This document shows, piece by piece, positions 49,420 through 62,687 of a DNA stretch of 64,000 nt. Position 1 is the first letter of the stretch, and each line of letters begins with the position of its first letter. Made by a program: the position numbers and the translations under genes. The stretch comes from an uncultured Chloroflexia bacterium (GTDB lineage: Bacteria; Chloroflexota; Limnocylindria; Limnocylindrales; CSP1-4). Under the pieces are notes generated by a model, which worked only from the letters and a program-made list of their open reading frames with translations, ran no database searches and was not told where the DNA came from. Where the stretch lies: positions 1,216,001 to 1,280,000 of the forward strand of contig CAWHDR010000001.1 in NCBI GenBank assembly GCA_963828165.1, written 5' to 3'.

Positions 49420-50528
49420 CGCTCGCTCGCGGGTACGCCGCCGGCAAGGGCCGCTCTTGAGGGCTCCTCGTCGTCGGGGGCCGGTCCGTTCCCGGCGGGA
49501 GGCAGGTCGCCGCCCTCATCCCAGAGGAGCATCTCCTGGGTGAAGGAGACCTCGCTCGAGAACAGGGCGCCGACCGACTCGCCGCGGTGGATGCGCTTGA
49601 TCGCCTCGCCGATGAGCGGCGCGACGGACAGCACGGTCAGCTTGGGGATGCGCTTCGACGGGGCAAGCGGCACGGAGTCCGTGATCACCACCTCGCGCAC
49701 CGAGCTCTCGCGGATGCGCTCGATCGCGGGGTCGCTCATGACGCCGTGGGTGGCACACGCGTACATCTCGGTCACGCCCTCGCGTTCCAGTGCGCGGACG
49801 ATCTCGACGAGCGTGCCCGCCGTGTCGATCTCGTCGTCGACGATGACCACGCGCTTGCCGCGCACCTCGCCGATGACGTTCATCAGCTCCGCTCGATCGA
49901 GGTTGCCGACGCGGCGCTTCTCGATGATCGCGAGCGGTGCATCCAGCAGCTCGGCGAACGCGCGAGCGCGTTTTGCGAACCCGAGATCCGTCACGACCAC
50001 CAGATCGTCGAGGTGTTTGTCGATGAAGTAGCGCGACAGCATGTGGACCGCGGTCAGCTCATCGACCGGGATGTTGAAGAAGCCCTGGATCTGGCCCTGG
50101 TGAAGGTCCATCGAGAGGACCCGGTCCGCGCCGGCCACGGTGATCATGTCCGCGATGAGGCGCGCCGTGATCGGCACGCGCGGCTGGTCCTTCTTGTCCG
50201 ACCGACCGTACGCGTAGAAGGGGATGACCGCCGTGATCCGGCCGGCCGACGCCCGTTTGAAGGCGTCGATCATGATCAGGAGCTCCATGATCGACTGGTT
50301 GACCGGGTGCGAGGTCGGCTGGACGATGAAGACGTCCTTCTCGCGCACGTTGTCCAGGATCTTGACGAAGATGTTCTCGTTGGCGAACTGGAACACCTCC
50401 GCCTTGCCCGGTTCCGTGCCGAGATAGCGGGCGATCTTGTGGGCGAGATCGGGGTTGGCGTTCCCGTGGTAGATCTCGAACTGGTCCGCGTACAAGGGCG
50501 CCGCCTCCCGTTGGCCGAAGACCGTCAT
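49416..50528 (-). CDS. prs: Ribose-phosphate pyrophosphokinase
   Basis: DLHQGQIQGFF, VIVDDEIDTAGT, ATHG. Confidence 0.96.
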   Translation of the reverse strand: MTVFGQREAAPLYADQFEIYHGNANPDLAHKIARYLGTEPGKAEVFQFANENIFVKILDNVREKDVFIVQPTSHPVNQSIMELLIMIDAFKRASAGRITAVIPFYAYGRSDKKDQPRVPITARLIADMITVAGADRVLSMDLHQGQIQGFFNIPVDELTAVHMLSRYFIDKHLDDLVVVTDLGFAKRARAFAELLDAPLAIIEKRRVGNLDRAELMNVIGEVRGKRVVIVDDEIDTAGTLVEIVRALEREGVTEMYACATHGVMSDPAIERIRESSVREVVITDSVPLAPSKRIPKLTVLSVAPLIGEAIKRIHRGESVGALFSSEVSFTQEMLLWDEGGDLPPAGNGPAPDDEEPSRAALAGGVPASER

Positions 50529-50532
50529 CAGC

Positions 50533-53097
50533 TCACGTCCCGCTCGGACCGGCCTGACCTGGGCCGCCCGGTTCGGGGGCGCCATCGTCGCCGATGCCGT
50601 CGCGCTCCGCAAGTCCAGGCCGGAACGCCGCGATCGCCGCGACCTGGTCGCCTTCGGCCAGGCGCATGACGATCACGCCGCGGGCGCCGGGCGAATAGCG
50701 GTTGATCGTGTTCGTCTCGGTTCGGATGACCTGTCCGCCCTGCGAGATCAGGACCAGTTCCTCGTCATCCTCCGTCACCTGCTGGACGGCTGCGACGAGA
50801 CCGGTCTTGTTCCCCTCCAGGGCGATCAGACGGACGCCCTGCCCGCCGCGGTGCTTGCGCCGGAACTCCCCGATCCCGACCCGTTTGCCGTAGCCCGTCG
50901 CGGTGAGGACCAGCAGGTCGGCATCTGGCTCCACCACGCTCATGGCGACCACGGTGTCCCCCTCGCGCTTGAGGAGTCGGATGCCGATGACCCCGGCAGC
51001 GTCACGCCCCATCGGGCGCACTTCGTTCTCCTCGAACCGGGCGAGCATGCCCTGCGCGGTGGCGATGATGATGTCGTCCTGCCCGCCGGAGACGTCCACC
51101 CACGCGAGCTCGTCGTTCGGGTGGATCGTGATCGCCCGGATACCGGTCGCGCGGACCCGTTCGAACTGCTCGAGCGGGGTCTTCTTGATGTGGCCGCGGC
51201 GGGTCGCCATGACCAGGAACTTGCCGGGTTCGAAGTCCTTGAGGACGATGGTCGCGACCGGCACCTCGCCCGATTCCACTTGTACACCGGGCAGGTTGAT
51301 GATGGCCATGCCCTTGGCCTGGCGACTCGCATCCGGGATGGCATGGACCTTGGCGCTGAAGACGCGCCCGCGGTTCGTGAAGAACAGCGCCCAGTCGTGG
51401 GTATTCGCGACGAGCAGGTGCTCGACCGCGTCCTCCTCGCGGGTGACGTGCCCGATGATCCCCTTGCCGCCGCGGTGCTGGCGGCGGTAGGTGTCGACCG
51501 GCTGGCGCTTGATGTAGCCACGCCCGGAGATCGTGACGACCACGTCCTCGTCGGCGATGAGGTCCTCGTCCGTCATCTCGCGGCTCGCGTCGTCCGCGAC
51601 CTTCGTCCGCCGTTCGCCGGCGTACTTTCGCTTCAGCTCGACGAGCTCATCGCGGATGATGCCCATGACCCGGGCCGGGTTGCCGAGGATGTCCTCGAGC
51701 TCGGCAATGAGCTGGATGACCGAGAGGTACTCGTCCTCGATCTTCTTGCGCTCGAGCGCGGCCAGGCGCGCCAGCCGCATGTCGAGGATCGCCTGGGCCT
51801 GCAGCTCGGACAGGTCGAACCGCTTCATCAGGTTCGCCCGCGCGACATCGACGTCGGCCGACTCGCGGATGGTCTTGATGACCGCATCGAGGTGATCGAG
51901 GGCGATCTTGAGGCCCTCGAGGATGTGCGCCCGCGCCTGCGCCTTGCCCAGGTCGAATTCGGTTCGGCGGCGGATGATCTCGCGTCGGTGGTCGAGGTAG
52001 TGGACCAGCACGCTGCGCAGCGGCAGGGTCTGCGGCTGCCCGTCGACGAGCGCCAGCATGTTCATGTTGAAGGCGAGCTGCATCGGCGTGTGCTTGAACA
52101 GGTTGTTGAGGACCTTGTGCGGGTTGAAGTCCCGCTTGATCTCGATGTAGATGCGCATCCCGTCGCGATCGGACTCGTCGCGCAGGTCGCTGATGCCGTC
52201 GATCCGCTTTTCCTTGACCAGGTCGGCCATCTTTTCGAGCAGGGCCGCCTTGTTCACCTGGTACGGGAGCTCGTTGACGATGATGGCCGTGCGGTCGTCG
52301 CGGACTTCCTCGAACACGACCTGGGCGCGCATGACGACCCGGCCCCGGCCGTGGGCGTACATCTGGCGGATCGCGTCGACGGTCTCCCACTCCCCGGTGA
52401 GCGCGTTGCGCTGCTTCTCGAAGCGGAAGATCGTGCCGCCGGTCGGGAAGTCCGGCCCGGTCACGTGCTTGCAGAGGTCGTCCGACGTCAGCTCGGGATC
52501 GTCGATCAGCGCGACCGTGGCATCGACGATCTCCCCGAGGTGATGCGGCGGGATATTGGTCGCCATCCCGACGGCGATGCCCGAGCTGCCGTTGATGAGC
52601 AGGTTCGGGAGCTTGGCCGGCAGGACCTCGGGCTGCTTCTGGGTCCCGTCGTAGTTATCGACGAAGTCGACGGTCTCCTTGTCGATGTCGGCCAGCAGCT
52701 CGGCGGCGATCCCGGTAAGACGCGCCTCCGTGTAGCGCATGGCGGCCGCCTGGTCGCCGTCGACCGAACCGAAGTTGCCCTGGCCGTCGACCAGCGGGTA
52801 GCGCATCGAGAAGTCCTGGGCGAGACGCACCAGCGCGTCGTAGATGGACTGGTCACCGTGCGGGTGGTACTTGCCCATCACCTCGCCGACGATCGCGGCG
52901 CACTTGCGGAAGGAGCTCGTGGCGGACAGGCCCATCTCGCCCATCGAGTAGAGGACCCGTCGATGGACCGGCTTGAGCCCGTCGCGCACGTCCGGCAGGG
53001 CGCGGGCGACGATGACGCTCATCGCGTAGTCGAGGTACGAGACGCGCATCTCGTCCTCGATGCGAATGGCGCGGACGTCTCCCAGGTCGTCGGTCAC
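50533..53097 (-). CDS. gyrA: DNA gyrase subunit A
   Basis: [22 protein letters not shown], GyrA-box QHRGGKG. Confidence 0.99.
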   Translation of the reverse strand: MTDDLGDVRAIRIEDEMRVSYLDYAMSVIVARALPDVRDGLKPVHRRVLYSMGEMGLSATSSFRKCAAIVGEVMGKYHPHGDQSIYDALVRLAQDFSMRYPLVDGQGNFGSVDGDQAAAMRYTEARLTGIAAELLADIDKETVDFVDNYDGTQKQPEVLPAKLPNLLINGSSGIAVGMATNIPPHHLGEIVDATVALIDDPELTSDDLCKHVTGPDFPTGGTIFRFEKQRNALTGEWETVDAIRQMYAHGRGRVVMRAQVVFEEVRDDRTAIIVNELPYQVNKAALLEKMADLVKEKRIDGISDLRDESDRDGMRIYIEIKRDFNPHKVLNNLFKHTPMQLAFNMNMLALVDGQPQTLPLRSVLVHYLDHRREIIRRRTEFDLGKAQARAHILEGLKIALDHLDAVIKTIRESADVDVARANLMKRFDLSELQAQAILDMRLARLAALERKKIEDEYLSVIQLIAELEDILGNPARVMGIIRDELVELKRKYAGERRTKVADDASREMTDEDLIADEDVVVTISGRGYIKRQPVDTYRRQHRGGKGIIGHVTREEDAVEHLLVANTHDWALFFTNRGRVFSAKVHAIPDASRQAKGMAIINLPGVQVESGEVPVATIVLKDFEPGKFLVMATRRGHIKKTPLEQFERVRATGIRAITIHPNDELAWVDVSGGQDDIIIATAQGMLARFEENEVRPMGRDAAGVIGIRLLKREGDTVVAMSVVEPDADLLVLTATGYGKRVGIGEFRRKHRGGQGVRLIALEGNKTGLVAAVQQVTEDDEELVLISQGGQVIRTETNTINRYSPGARGVIVMRLAEGDQVAAIAAFRPGLAERDGIGDDGAPEPGGPGQAGPSGT

Positions 53098-53113
53098 GGT
53101 GTGCTACTCCTGC

Positions 53114-54088
53114 CTAGGTCAGCGGTGGTTCGGGGTGGTTGATGGGGTCAGGCAGCGCTCCGAAGCGGGCGGCGGTCGTGGCCGCCGCGGACGTCGATGG
53201 AGCACCGCTGCGCCGGTGGATCCCGGCGAGCCGCGCGCGCAGCTCGTCGGCGTCGCGAGGCGCGAGCTTCGTGAGGCTGTCACGAACGACCCACGCGCGG
53301 TGGCCGTCTGCCCCTTCTGCGGCGAGGTCGGCCTGGCGGTGAAGGGCGGCCGTCGTGGCTTCGCGGTCGCGCTGTGCAAGCGAGCGATACGCCCATGCGA
53401 GAGCCTTCTGGACGTCGGGCTCCGCGTCCCCCATCAACTGGTCGAGGAGCCCGAGCGCGGTCGGGACGAGATCCGGACTGCGGCCGGTTCGCCGGTTGCC
53501 GTGGGTCATCGTCGCGATCGTGGACGCGATCAATCGCCGCTCCCAGCGCGACGGGGAATACACGAGCTGTTCGAGCTCCGCCCAACGGTAGGACTCGGCG
53601 GCGATCCCGATACCGTAGGGGTGGGCGAGGTCGTCGACGGTGACCCAGTCGCCCGCCTCACGCGCCGCCCGTCTGAGGAGCTGCCAGGTGCGTTCCGGGT
53701 CGGCGGCGAGGGTTCGCTCGAGCAACCCGAAGGCGAACCAGCGTGCCTCGAGATGTGGCTCGCGGAACATCCGGTCCGCGATGAACAGCAGCTGGGTGGC
53801 CCGCTCGCCACGCGTCTCGTGCCGGAACCCGCGACTCACGGCGGCCAGGAGCGGCCGCCGCACGCCGTGGACCGGGCCGATCCCGGGGGCCACGGACTGC
53901 ACGCCCTCCTGGTACTCCGGGTCGGCGAGGCCCTCCAGCCCGCGGCGAAGCGCGATCGCGAACGCATCCGGGTCTCCAACGTGGTCCGCGAGGGAGCTGC
54001 CGAGCGCTTCCGCTGCCGGCTTGCGAGCGGACACGAAGGCGACCGCGCGCTGGGTGGTCGGGCTCGGGGAGGCCGTGGCGGTGCTCAC
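53114..54088 (-). CDS. AlkD-like HEAT-repeat DNA alkylation repair protein
   Basis: DWVTVDDLA, SRWERR, VQKALAWAYR pattern. Confidence 0.75.
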   Translation of the reverse strand: MSTATASPSPTTQRAVAFVSARKPAAEALGSSLADHVGDPDAFAIALRRGLEGLADPEYQEGVQSVAPGIGPVHGVRRPLLAAVSRGFRHETRGERATQLLFIADRMFREPHLEARWFAFGLLERTLAADPERTWQLLRRAAREAGDWVTVDDLAHPYGIGIAAESYRWAELEQLVYSPSRWERRLIASTIATMTHGNRRTGRSPDLVPTALGLLDQLMGDAEPDVQKALAWAYRSLAQRDREATTAALHRQADLAAEGADGHRAWVVRDSLTKLAPRDADELRARLAGIHRRSGAPSTSAAATTAARFGALPDPINHPEPPLT

Positions 54089-54579
54089 GGGGGCGTCCCG
54101 GCCGGGATCGTGCCGGAAAGTGGAACGTACCCGTAGCGCTGCCGAAGCTCGTGCTTGCGGGCCTCGTCGGCGGCGACGTAGACACCCGTGGCCGTGGCGA
54201 AGACGCCATCCGTGCGTGGGTCGACGATGTGGGCGGCCGTGTCAACCAGCCGACGGCGGGATCTGGTAATCCACCCCTCCGCGCGAATCGCCTCGCCGAT
54301 CGCCACGGGCTTCTTGAATTCGACGCTGATCCGGGCCGTGAGGCCCCAGTTGTCCTCCCCGACCAGCGACCAGGCCATCACCTCGTCGAGGATCGTGCAC
54401 AGGATCCCGCCGTGGGCGATGCCGTCCCAACCCTCGAAGCGTCGCTCGAGCGTGAGCTCCGTCCAGCAGCGCCGAGGCTCGACGTGGAGCGCGAGGCCCA
54501 TGCCGCTCGTGTTCAGGGAGCCGCAGGCGAAGCAGTGGTGCGGGGCGACCTCGAAGCGCGGGACCCCAGGCACGTCCAC
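54085..54579 (-). CDS. PaaI family (hotdog-fold) thioesterase
   Basis: CFACGSLN..G, GIAHGGILCTILDE. Confidence 0.88.
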   Translation of the reverse strand: MDVPGVPRFEVAPHHCFACGSLNTSGMGLALHVEPRRCWTELTLERRFEGWDGIAHGGILCTILDEVMAWSLVGEDNWGLTARISVEFKKPVAIGEAIRAEGWITRSRRRLVDTAAHIVDPRTDGVFATATGVYVAADEARKHELRQRYGYVPLSGTIPAGTPP

Positions 54580-54595
54580 GACGCGCGCCCCGGCT

Positions 54596-57419
<2,824 letters not shown>

Positions 57420-57423
<4 letters not shown>

Positions 57424-58247
57424 GACATCACCATGCTTGCGGTGCGGACCTCGGTCTCCGGGGGCGCCGCCGCCGGCAGCCCCCGACCCGAACGAGCGCG
57501 GAATTCCCGTGCGAGCTCTGCGTACGCCGCCGCGCCGCGCGACTCCGGTGCGTACTGACTGATCGGCAGGCCGTGGCTAGGTGCCTCGGACAGCCGAACG
57601 CTGCGGGGGATGATCGTTTCGTAGACGGAGTCTCCCAGGTGCCGCCGCGCCTCCGCGGCTACGTCGGCGGACAGGTTCGTCCGGGCGTCGTACATCGTCA
57701 GCACCACACCGTCGAGCTTCAGGTGCGGGTTCAGGTGGTCTCGGACGAGATCGATGGTGGCTAGCAACTGGGTCAGGCCCTCGAGTGCGTAGTACTCGCA
57801 TTGGAGCGGGATCATCACCGCATCGGCGGCTGTCAGGGCGTTCACGGTCAGGAGCCCGAGCGACGGCGGGCAATCGATGAAGATGACGTCGTATTCGTGC
57901 GCCAGAGGCTCCAGGAGGCGCCGCAGGCGACGCTCGCGCGCCATCACGCCGGCGAGCTCCAGTTCGGCCCCCGCGAGGGCGATGGTGGACGGGACCACGT
58001 CGACGCCGTGGGCGGCTCCCTGAACCAGGAGCTGTTCGAGCGGGACGTCGTCGACGATGGCGTCGTAAACGGAATGCACGACCGTCGAGCGGTCGACCCC
58101 GAGTCCGCTGGTGCCATTGCCCTGTGGGTCGAGATCGATCACCAGGACGCGGTCACCAAGGAGCGCGAGGTAGCTCGCTAGGTTCACCACCGTCGTGGTC
58201 TTGCCGACGCCGCCTTTCTGATTTGCGCAGGCGATCGTCTGGCCCAC
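57420..58247 (-). CDS. parA: Chromosome partitioning ATPase ParA/Soj
   Basis: NQKGGVGKTT, DLDPQGN, IDCPPSLG. Confidence 0.97.
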
Positions 58248-58372
58248 TCAGTGGCCTGCCCGGGGCGATCTCACGAGAACGAATTCTACCATTGTTGGCC
58301 GAACGACCTCCGGTCCGGGGCGGGCGATCAGGTTCGCACGACGTCCGTAGCTGTGCCTTACCGAGCCCTCGT

Positions 58373-58388
58373 TGTTTCACGTGAAACG
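58373..58388. promoter_or_regulatory. parS centromere-like site
   Basis: TGTTTCACGTGAAACG, 15/16 match to TGTTTCACGTGAAACA, just upstream of parA. Confidence 0.9.
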
Positions 58389-58559
58389 GTGCATGGGACG
58401 GCTGGCTCGACGGGCCGGGGGACCATCGAACCGTTGCCCGAAGCACCGGTCCGTGGGATACTCCGCCGAGACGTCGCCGCCGATCCGGTCGTTCAGAGAG
58501 CAGTACCGGGCAGGCGGGCGCAACCTTCTGGCCGATTCGCCCGAGGAACACGACCGTCC

Positions 58560-59060
58560 ATGACCCTGCTACTCGCTGCGGTCGGCGCGGTGGTGACGGC
58601 CCTGATCGAATTGTCCGTCGTTCCATACCTCCGCATCGGAGATGCGCAGCCACATCCCGTGCTCGTCCTGGGCGTGATCCTTGCGATCGCCGTCGGTGTC
58701 GAAGCCGGGCTGGTCTGGGCCTTCGTGGGGGGCCTCGCTCTTGATGTCTTGGCACAACGACCACTTGGCTCGACCGCGTTCGCGCTCCTGGTGTGTATCG
58801 GTGGCGCGTCGGTCCTGGCGCGCTCTTTCGCTCGATTGCGCCCGATCGTCCCGATCGGTGCCGTGTTCGTCCTCAGTCTCGGGTACTCGATGATCTTGTT
58901 CGTCACCTTCGGTGCGCTCGGCACGCCGCTTCCCATCGCCGATCCCTTCGGGACCGTGCTTCCCAGTGCCGTGTACGACGCCGTGCTCGCCGCGATCGTC
59001 GGACCATTGACGATCGCGGTGCATGATCGGCGGATGGAACAGGAACGGGTCGACTGGTGA
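58560..59060 (+). CDS. mreD: Rod shape-determining protein MreD
   Basis: Hydrophobic ~165 aa, GLVWAFVGGLALD..PLG; precedes pbp2. Confidence 0.82.
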   Translation: MTLLLAAVGAVVTALIELSVVPYLRIGDAQPHPVLVLGVILAIAVGVEAGLVWAFVGGLALDVLAQRPLGSTAFALLVCIGGASVLARSFARLRPIVPIGAVFVLSLGYSMILFVTFGALGTPLPIADPFGTVLPSAVYDAVLAAIVGPLTIAVHDRRMEQERVDW

Positions 59061-60955
59061 ACACGTACCTCGACCGCAGCACGGTCCCGGACCGCCGCTT
59101 CTCCCGGTTCATCGTGTTCGGTCTCGTGGTCGTGCTCGCGGTGGGCGCGTTGACCGCCCGGCTCTTCTACCTCCAGATCGCGAACGGCTCCGAATATGCG
59201 GCGATCTCCACCCGCCAACGCACGGTCCTCGAGCCGATCCCTGCGCCCAGGGGGTTGATCTACGACCGCAACGGGCGTCTGCTCGTGGACAACGTCCCGA
59301 CGTTCGCGGTGAAGGTCCGCCCGGCCGACCTCCCGAACACCCAGCGTGACGACGTCGTGGCTCGACTCGCCGCCCTGCTCGGAACGGACGCCTCCGAGAT
59401 CCACGGCGCCATCGACGGGAACCCTGGATCGGCGTTCGATCTCGTGCGCGTGGCCCAGGACGTCGATCAGTCGACCGCACAGCTGATCTCGGAAGCCGGC
59501 TACCAGTTGCCTGGCGTCGAGGTCGTCGTCGAGGCGCGCCGCCAGTACACCGACGGTCCCCTGACGTCGCATCTGCTGGGATACACGGGACCCGTGTCAG
59601 CCGAGCAGCTGCCCGACCTTCGCGAGAAGGGCTACCAGCCCGACGATCTGCTCGGAAAGGTTGGTCTCGAGGCCCAGTACGAGACAGAGCTCCGCGGCAC
59701 GTACGGCTCCGAGAGCGTGGCCCGCGACGCGACCGGCCGTCGAACGCAGACCCTCCAGACGGTCCAGGACGCCGAGCCGGGCGCGTCCCTCACGCTGACG
59801 ATCGACACGAAGGCGCAGCGGAACGCCGAGAAGGCCCTGAAATGGGCGATGAAGAAGATCGGGATGACACGGGGCGTCGTGATCGCGATGAACCCCCAGA
59901 CCGGCGAGATCCTCGCGATGGTGAGCCTGCCGACCTACGACAACAATCGGTTCGCACGGGGAATCAGCACGACCGATTACGCGAAGTTGCTCAAGGACAA
60001 GGACAAGCCGCTGCTCAACCACGCGATCCAGGCGCATTACGCACCGGGCTCCACGTACAAGCTCGTGGCCGGCACCGGCGCCCTGGCCGATCGCAAGATC
60101 AGCGACTCGACACGGGTCATGACCCGTCCCTATCTGACCCTCGGGGACACGAAGTTCTACGAGTGGAACCGGCGCGGCTGGGGAGCCTGCACCATCTATT
60201 GCGGTTTCGGACACTCGAGCGACACCTTCTTCTACCAGCTCGCCGGCATGCTCGGGATCGATCGGCTCGGTTACTGGGCCAAGCAGTACGGCTTCGGGGA
60301 GCCGACCGGCGTCGACCTTCCGAGCGAGGTCGCCGGCATCGTCCCGACCAACGCCTGGAAGCAGGACGCGCTCGGCGCCGAGATCTTTCCCGGCGAGACG
60401 TACCAGGCCGGCATCGGCCAGGGCTACGACGCGGTGACGCCGCTGCAACTCATCAATGCCTACGCGGCGCTCGCCAACGGCGGAACGCTCTACCAGCCGC
60501 AGATCGTGCGCGAGATCATCGGGCCAGACGGCGAGATCGTCCGCCCGTTCGAACCGAAGGTCATCCACAAGCTGAAGGTCAAGCCGAGCGTGCTCCGGAT
60601 CATGCGCAACGCCGCCCGCGAGACCGTGACGCTGCGTCACACCTACAACCTCGTGGATCTCCCGATCAAGGTAGCCGGCAAGTCCGGGACCGCCGAGTTC
60701 GGCACCCCCGACTCGAGGGGCCGCCTGCCGTACTCCTCGTTCTTCGTGGGCTTCACCCCGAAGAACGCGCGAACGGGATCGTTCGACAAACACGATTCAG
60801 AGCTCGTCGTCATGGCCTTCGCCCACGATTCGCGAACCGTCGGCAACGCGGCGACCGAGATCGTCAAGTACTTCCTCCAGCTGCATTACGGGATCAAGAA
60901 GGACTACCGCATGCCCGAGCTCCTGGAGCGCGGCAACTTCTACCAGAACGACTGA
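59057..60955 (+). CDS. mrdA: Penicillin-binding protein 2 (class B)
   Basis: APRGLIYDRNG, GSTYK (SxxK), SSD, KSGTAE. Confidence 0.95.
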   Translation: MNTYLDRSTVPDRRFSRFIVFGLVVVLAVGALTARLFYLQIANGSEYAAISTRQRTVLEPIPAPRGLIYDRNGRLLVDNVPTFAVKVRPADLPNTQRDDVVARLAALLGTDASEIHGAIDGNPGSAFDLVRVAQDVDQSTAQLISEAGYQLPGVEVVVEARRQYTDGPLTSHLLGYTGPVSAEQLPDLREKGYQPDDLLGKVGLEAQYETELRGTYGSESVARDATGRRTQTLQTVQDAEPGASLTLTIDTKAQRNAEKALKWAMKKIGMTRGVVIAMNPQTGEILAMVSLPTYDNNRFARGISTTDYAKLLKDKDKPLLNHAIQAHYAPGSTYKLVAGTGALADRKISDSTRVMTRPYLTLGDTKFYEWNRRGWGACTIYCGFGHSSDTFFYQLAGMLGIDRLGYWAKQYGFGEPTGVDLPSEVAGIVPTNAWKQDALGAEIFPGETYQAGIGQGYDAVTPLQLINAYAALANGGTLYQPQIVREIIGPDGEIVRPFEPKVIHKLKVKPSVLRIMRNAARETVTLRHTYNLVDLPIKVAGKSGTAEFGTPDSRGRLPYSSFFVGFTPKNARTGSFDKHDSELVVMAFAHDSRTVGNAATEIVKYFLQLHYGIKKDYRMPELLERGNFYQND

Positions 60956-62115
60956 TGGGCGTCATCCGAGCCGAGCCGGTCCGCGTCACCGATTGGGCGG
61001 CCAAATCGGTCGGGGCCGCGTGGCGGGCGTTCGACCTCCAGCTGGCCACCTTCGCCGGCCTCCTGGCCGCTGTCGGGCTCGTGATGGCCTACACCAACAG
61101 TGTCGAAAACGGCGTCAGCCCCCTCGACGCGGGGACGACGTTCACGCGTGGCCTCATGTGGGCGGGGATCGCGGCCGTCGCGTTCATCCTCGCCACCGCG
61201 TTCGACTACCGCTGGTTCAAGACCCTGTCATGGCCGGTCTACGCGCTGCAGCTGGGTTTGCTGGTGCTCACGCTGGCGATCGGCGACGGGGTCGGCGGGT
61301 CGGCCCGCTGGATCACCTTCGGTCCGTTCACGTTCCAGTTCAGCGAGCTCGCCAAGATCCTGATGATCATCGTGCTCGCCCAATACCTGGCCAGTCGCCA
61401 GGCCAAGCTGGATTCCCTTCGGGCCATCCTGGGTGCCTGTGTGCTCGTGGGACCGCCGCTGGCGCTGGTCATGCTCCAGCCGGACCTCGGTACCTCCCTG
61501 GTCTTCGCGGGGATCCTCGCCGGCATGCTCTGGATGTCGGGTGCGAGCCTCATGTGGCTGGGTGCGCTAGCCGCAGGCGTCGTCGCGATGGTCCCGATCG
61601 CGTGGAACTACCTCCTGCGCGACTATCAAAAGGAACGCCTGTCGTCGTTCCTGAACCCGACGCCGGACATCACCGGCTCCGGCTATCAGCTCTATCAGTC
61701 GCAGATCGCCGTCGGATCGGGCGGGATGTTCGGGCGTGGCCTCACGAACGGCACCCAGGCACAGGGCGACTTCCTTCCCGTGCAGACCACGGACTTCGTG
61801 TTCTCCGTGCTCGCCGAGGAACTTGGCTTCGTCGGCGGTCTGGTGCTGTTCGTGTTGTTCGCGCTGCTGCTGTGGCGGGTGCTGATGGCCGGCTGGCGCT
61901 CCCGCGACCCGTTCGGGACGCTGTTCGCGGCTGGGTTCGCCTCGATGATCCTCTTTCAGCTGGTCGTGAACGCCGGCATGGTGATGGGGGTCATGCCCAT
62001 CACCGGGATCCCGCTCCCCTTCGTCACGCACGGCGGCGCATCGCTCGTGAGCATCGCGATCGGTCTCGGCATCCTGCAGAGCATCAACATCCGCCAGACG
62101 CGCGCAGAGTGGTGA
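60955..62115 (+). CDS. rodA: SEDS peptidoglycan glycosyltransferase RodA
   Basis: QFSELAK, QPDLGT, TDFVFSVLAEELG, PITGIPLPFV. Confidence 0.95.
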   Translation: MGVIRAEPVRVTDWAAKSVGAAWRAFDLQLATFAGLLAAVGLVMAYTNSVENGVSPLDAGTTFTRGLMWAGIAAVAFILATAFDYRWFKTLSWPVYALQLGLLVLTLAIGDGVGGSARWITFGPFTFQFSELAKILMIIVLAQYLASRQAKLDSLRAILGACVLVGPPLALVMLQPDLGTSLVFAGILAGMLWMSGASLMWLGALAAGVVAMVPIAWNYLLRDYQKERLSSFLNPTPDITGSGYQLYQSQIAVGSGGMFGRGLTNGTQAQGDFLPVQTTDFVFSVLAEELGFVGGLVLFVLFALLLWRVLMAGWRSRDPFGTLFAAGFASMILFQLVVNAGMVMGVMPITGIPLPFVTHGGASLVSIAIGLGILQSINIRQTRAEW

Positions 62116-62158
62116 CCCCGCGCGTGGTCCGGTCCCACGGGGCGATTCGCCCGGCCAG

Positions 62159-62677
62159 GTGGTCGAGCGTCGCGTGAGTGACGCCACGCGCCAGGCGCGA
62201 CAAACCCCAGTCTCCGTCTGCGCCAATCTCCTGCCCATCGAGCCGTTGCTCGTCGAACAGGACGCCGATCCTCTGTCGATCGTGAGGACCGCAGCAGCGC
62301 GACCAGAGACGCGACTCATCGGAGTCGTCGATTCGAGTGGCGTTCTGGTTGGGGTCATTCCCACGCTTCGGCTCGCCGAGACGGTCGTTGCCCGTGTCTC
62401 TCCGGAGACCCTCCTGGCCGGACTCGCCGACCTCGACGAGGCGGCTCGGTTCGGGCTCGAGGTCGGCGCACGACGTGTAGCCGACGTCATGCTGCCGCCA
62501 GCCTCGATCAAGGGAACGGCGACGGTCGATGAGGCCTTCCGCCTCATGCACGCAAGGCATCTCTCGGGCCTGTACGTCGTGGACGACGACGGTCGACCGA
62601 CCGCGTATCTCGATCTCCTCGAAGTGAGCATCCGCTACCTCGAGGCCCTCGAAATCAGCCCACCCGAAGCAGACTGA
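62159..62677 (+). CDS. CBS domain protein
   Basis: VVDSSGVLVGVI and VVDDDGRPTAYL CBS pair; start uncertain. Confidence 0.8.
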   Translation: MVERRVSDATRQARQTPVSVCANLLPIEPLLVEQDADPLSIVRTAAARPETRLIGVVDSSGVLVGVIPTLRLAETVVARVSPETLLAGLADLDEAARFGLEVGARRVADVMLPPASIKGTATVDEAFRLMHARHLSGLYVVDDDGRPTAYLDLLEVSIRYLEALEISPPEAD

Positions 62678-62687
62678 GGCCGATCGG

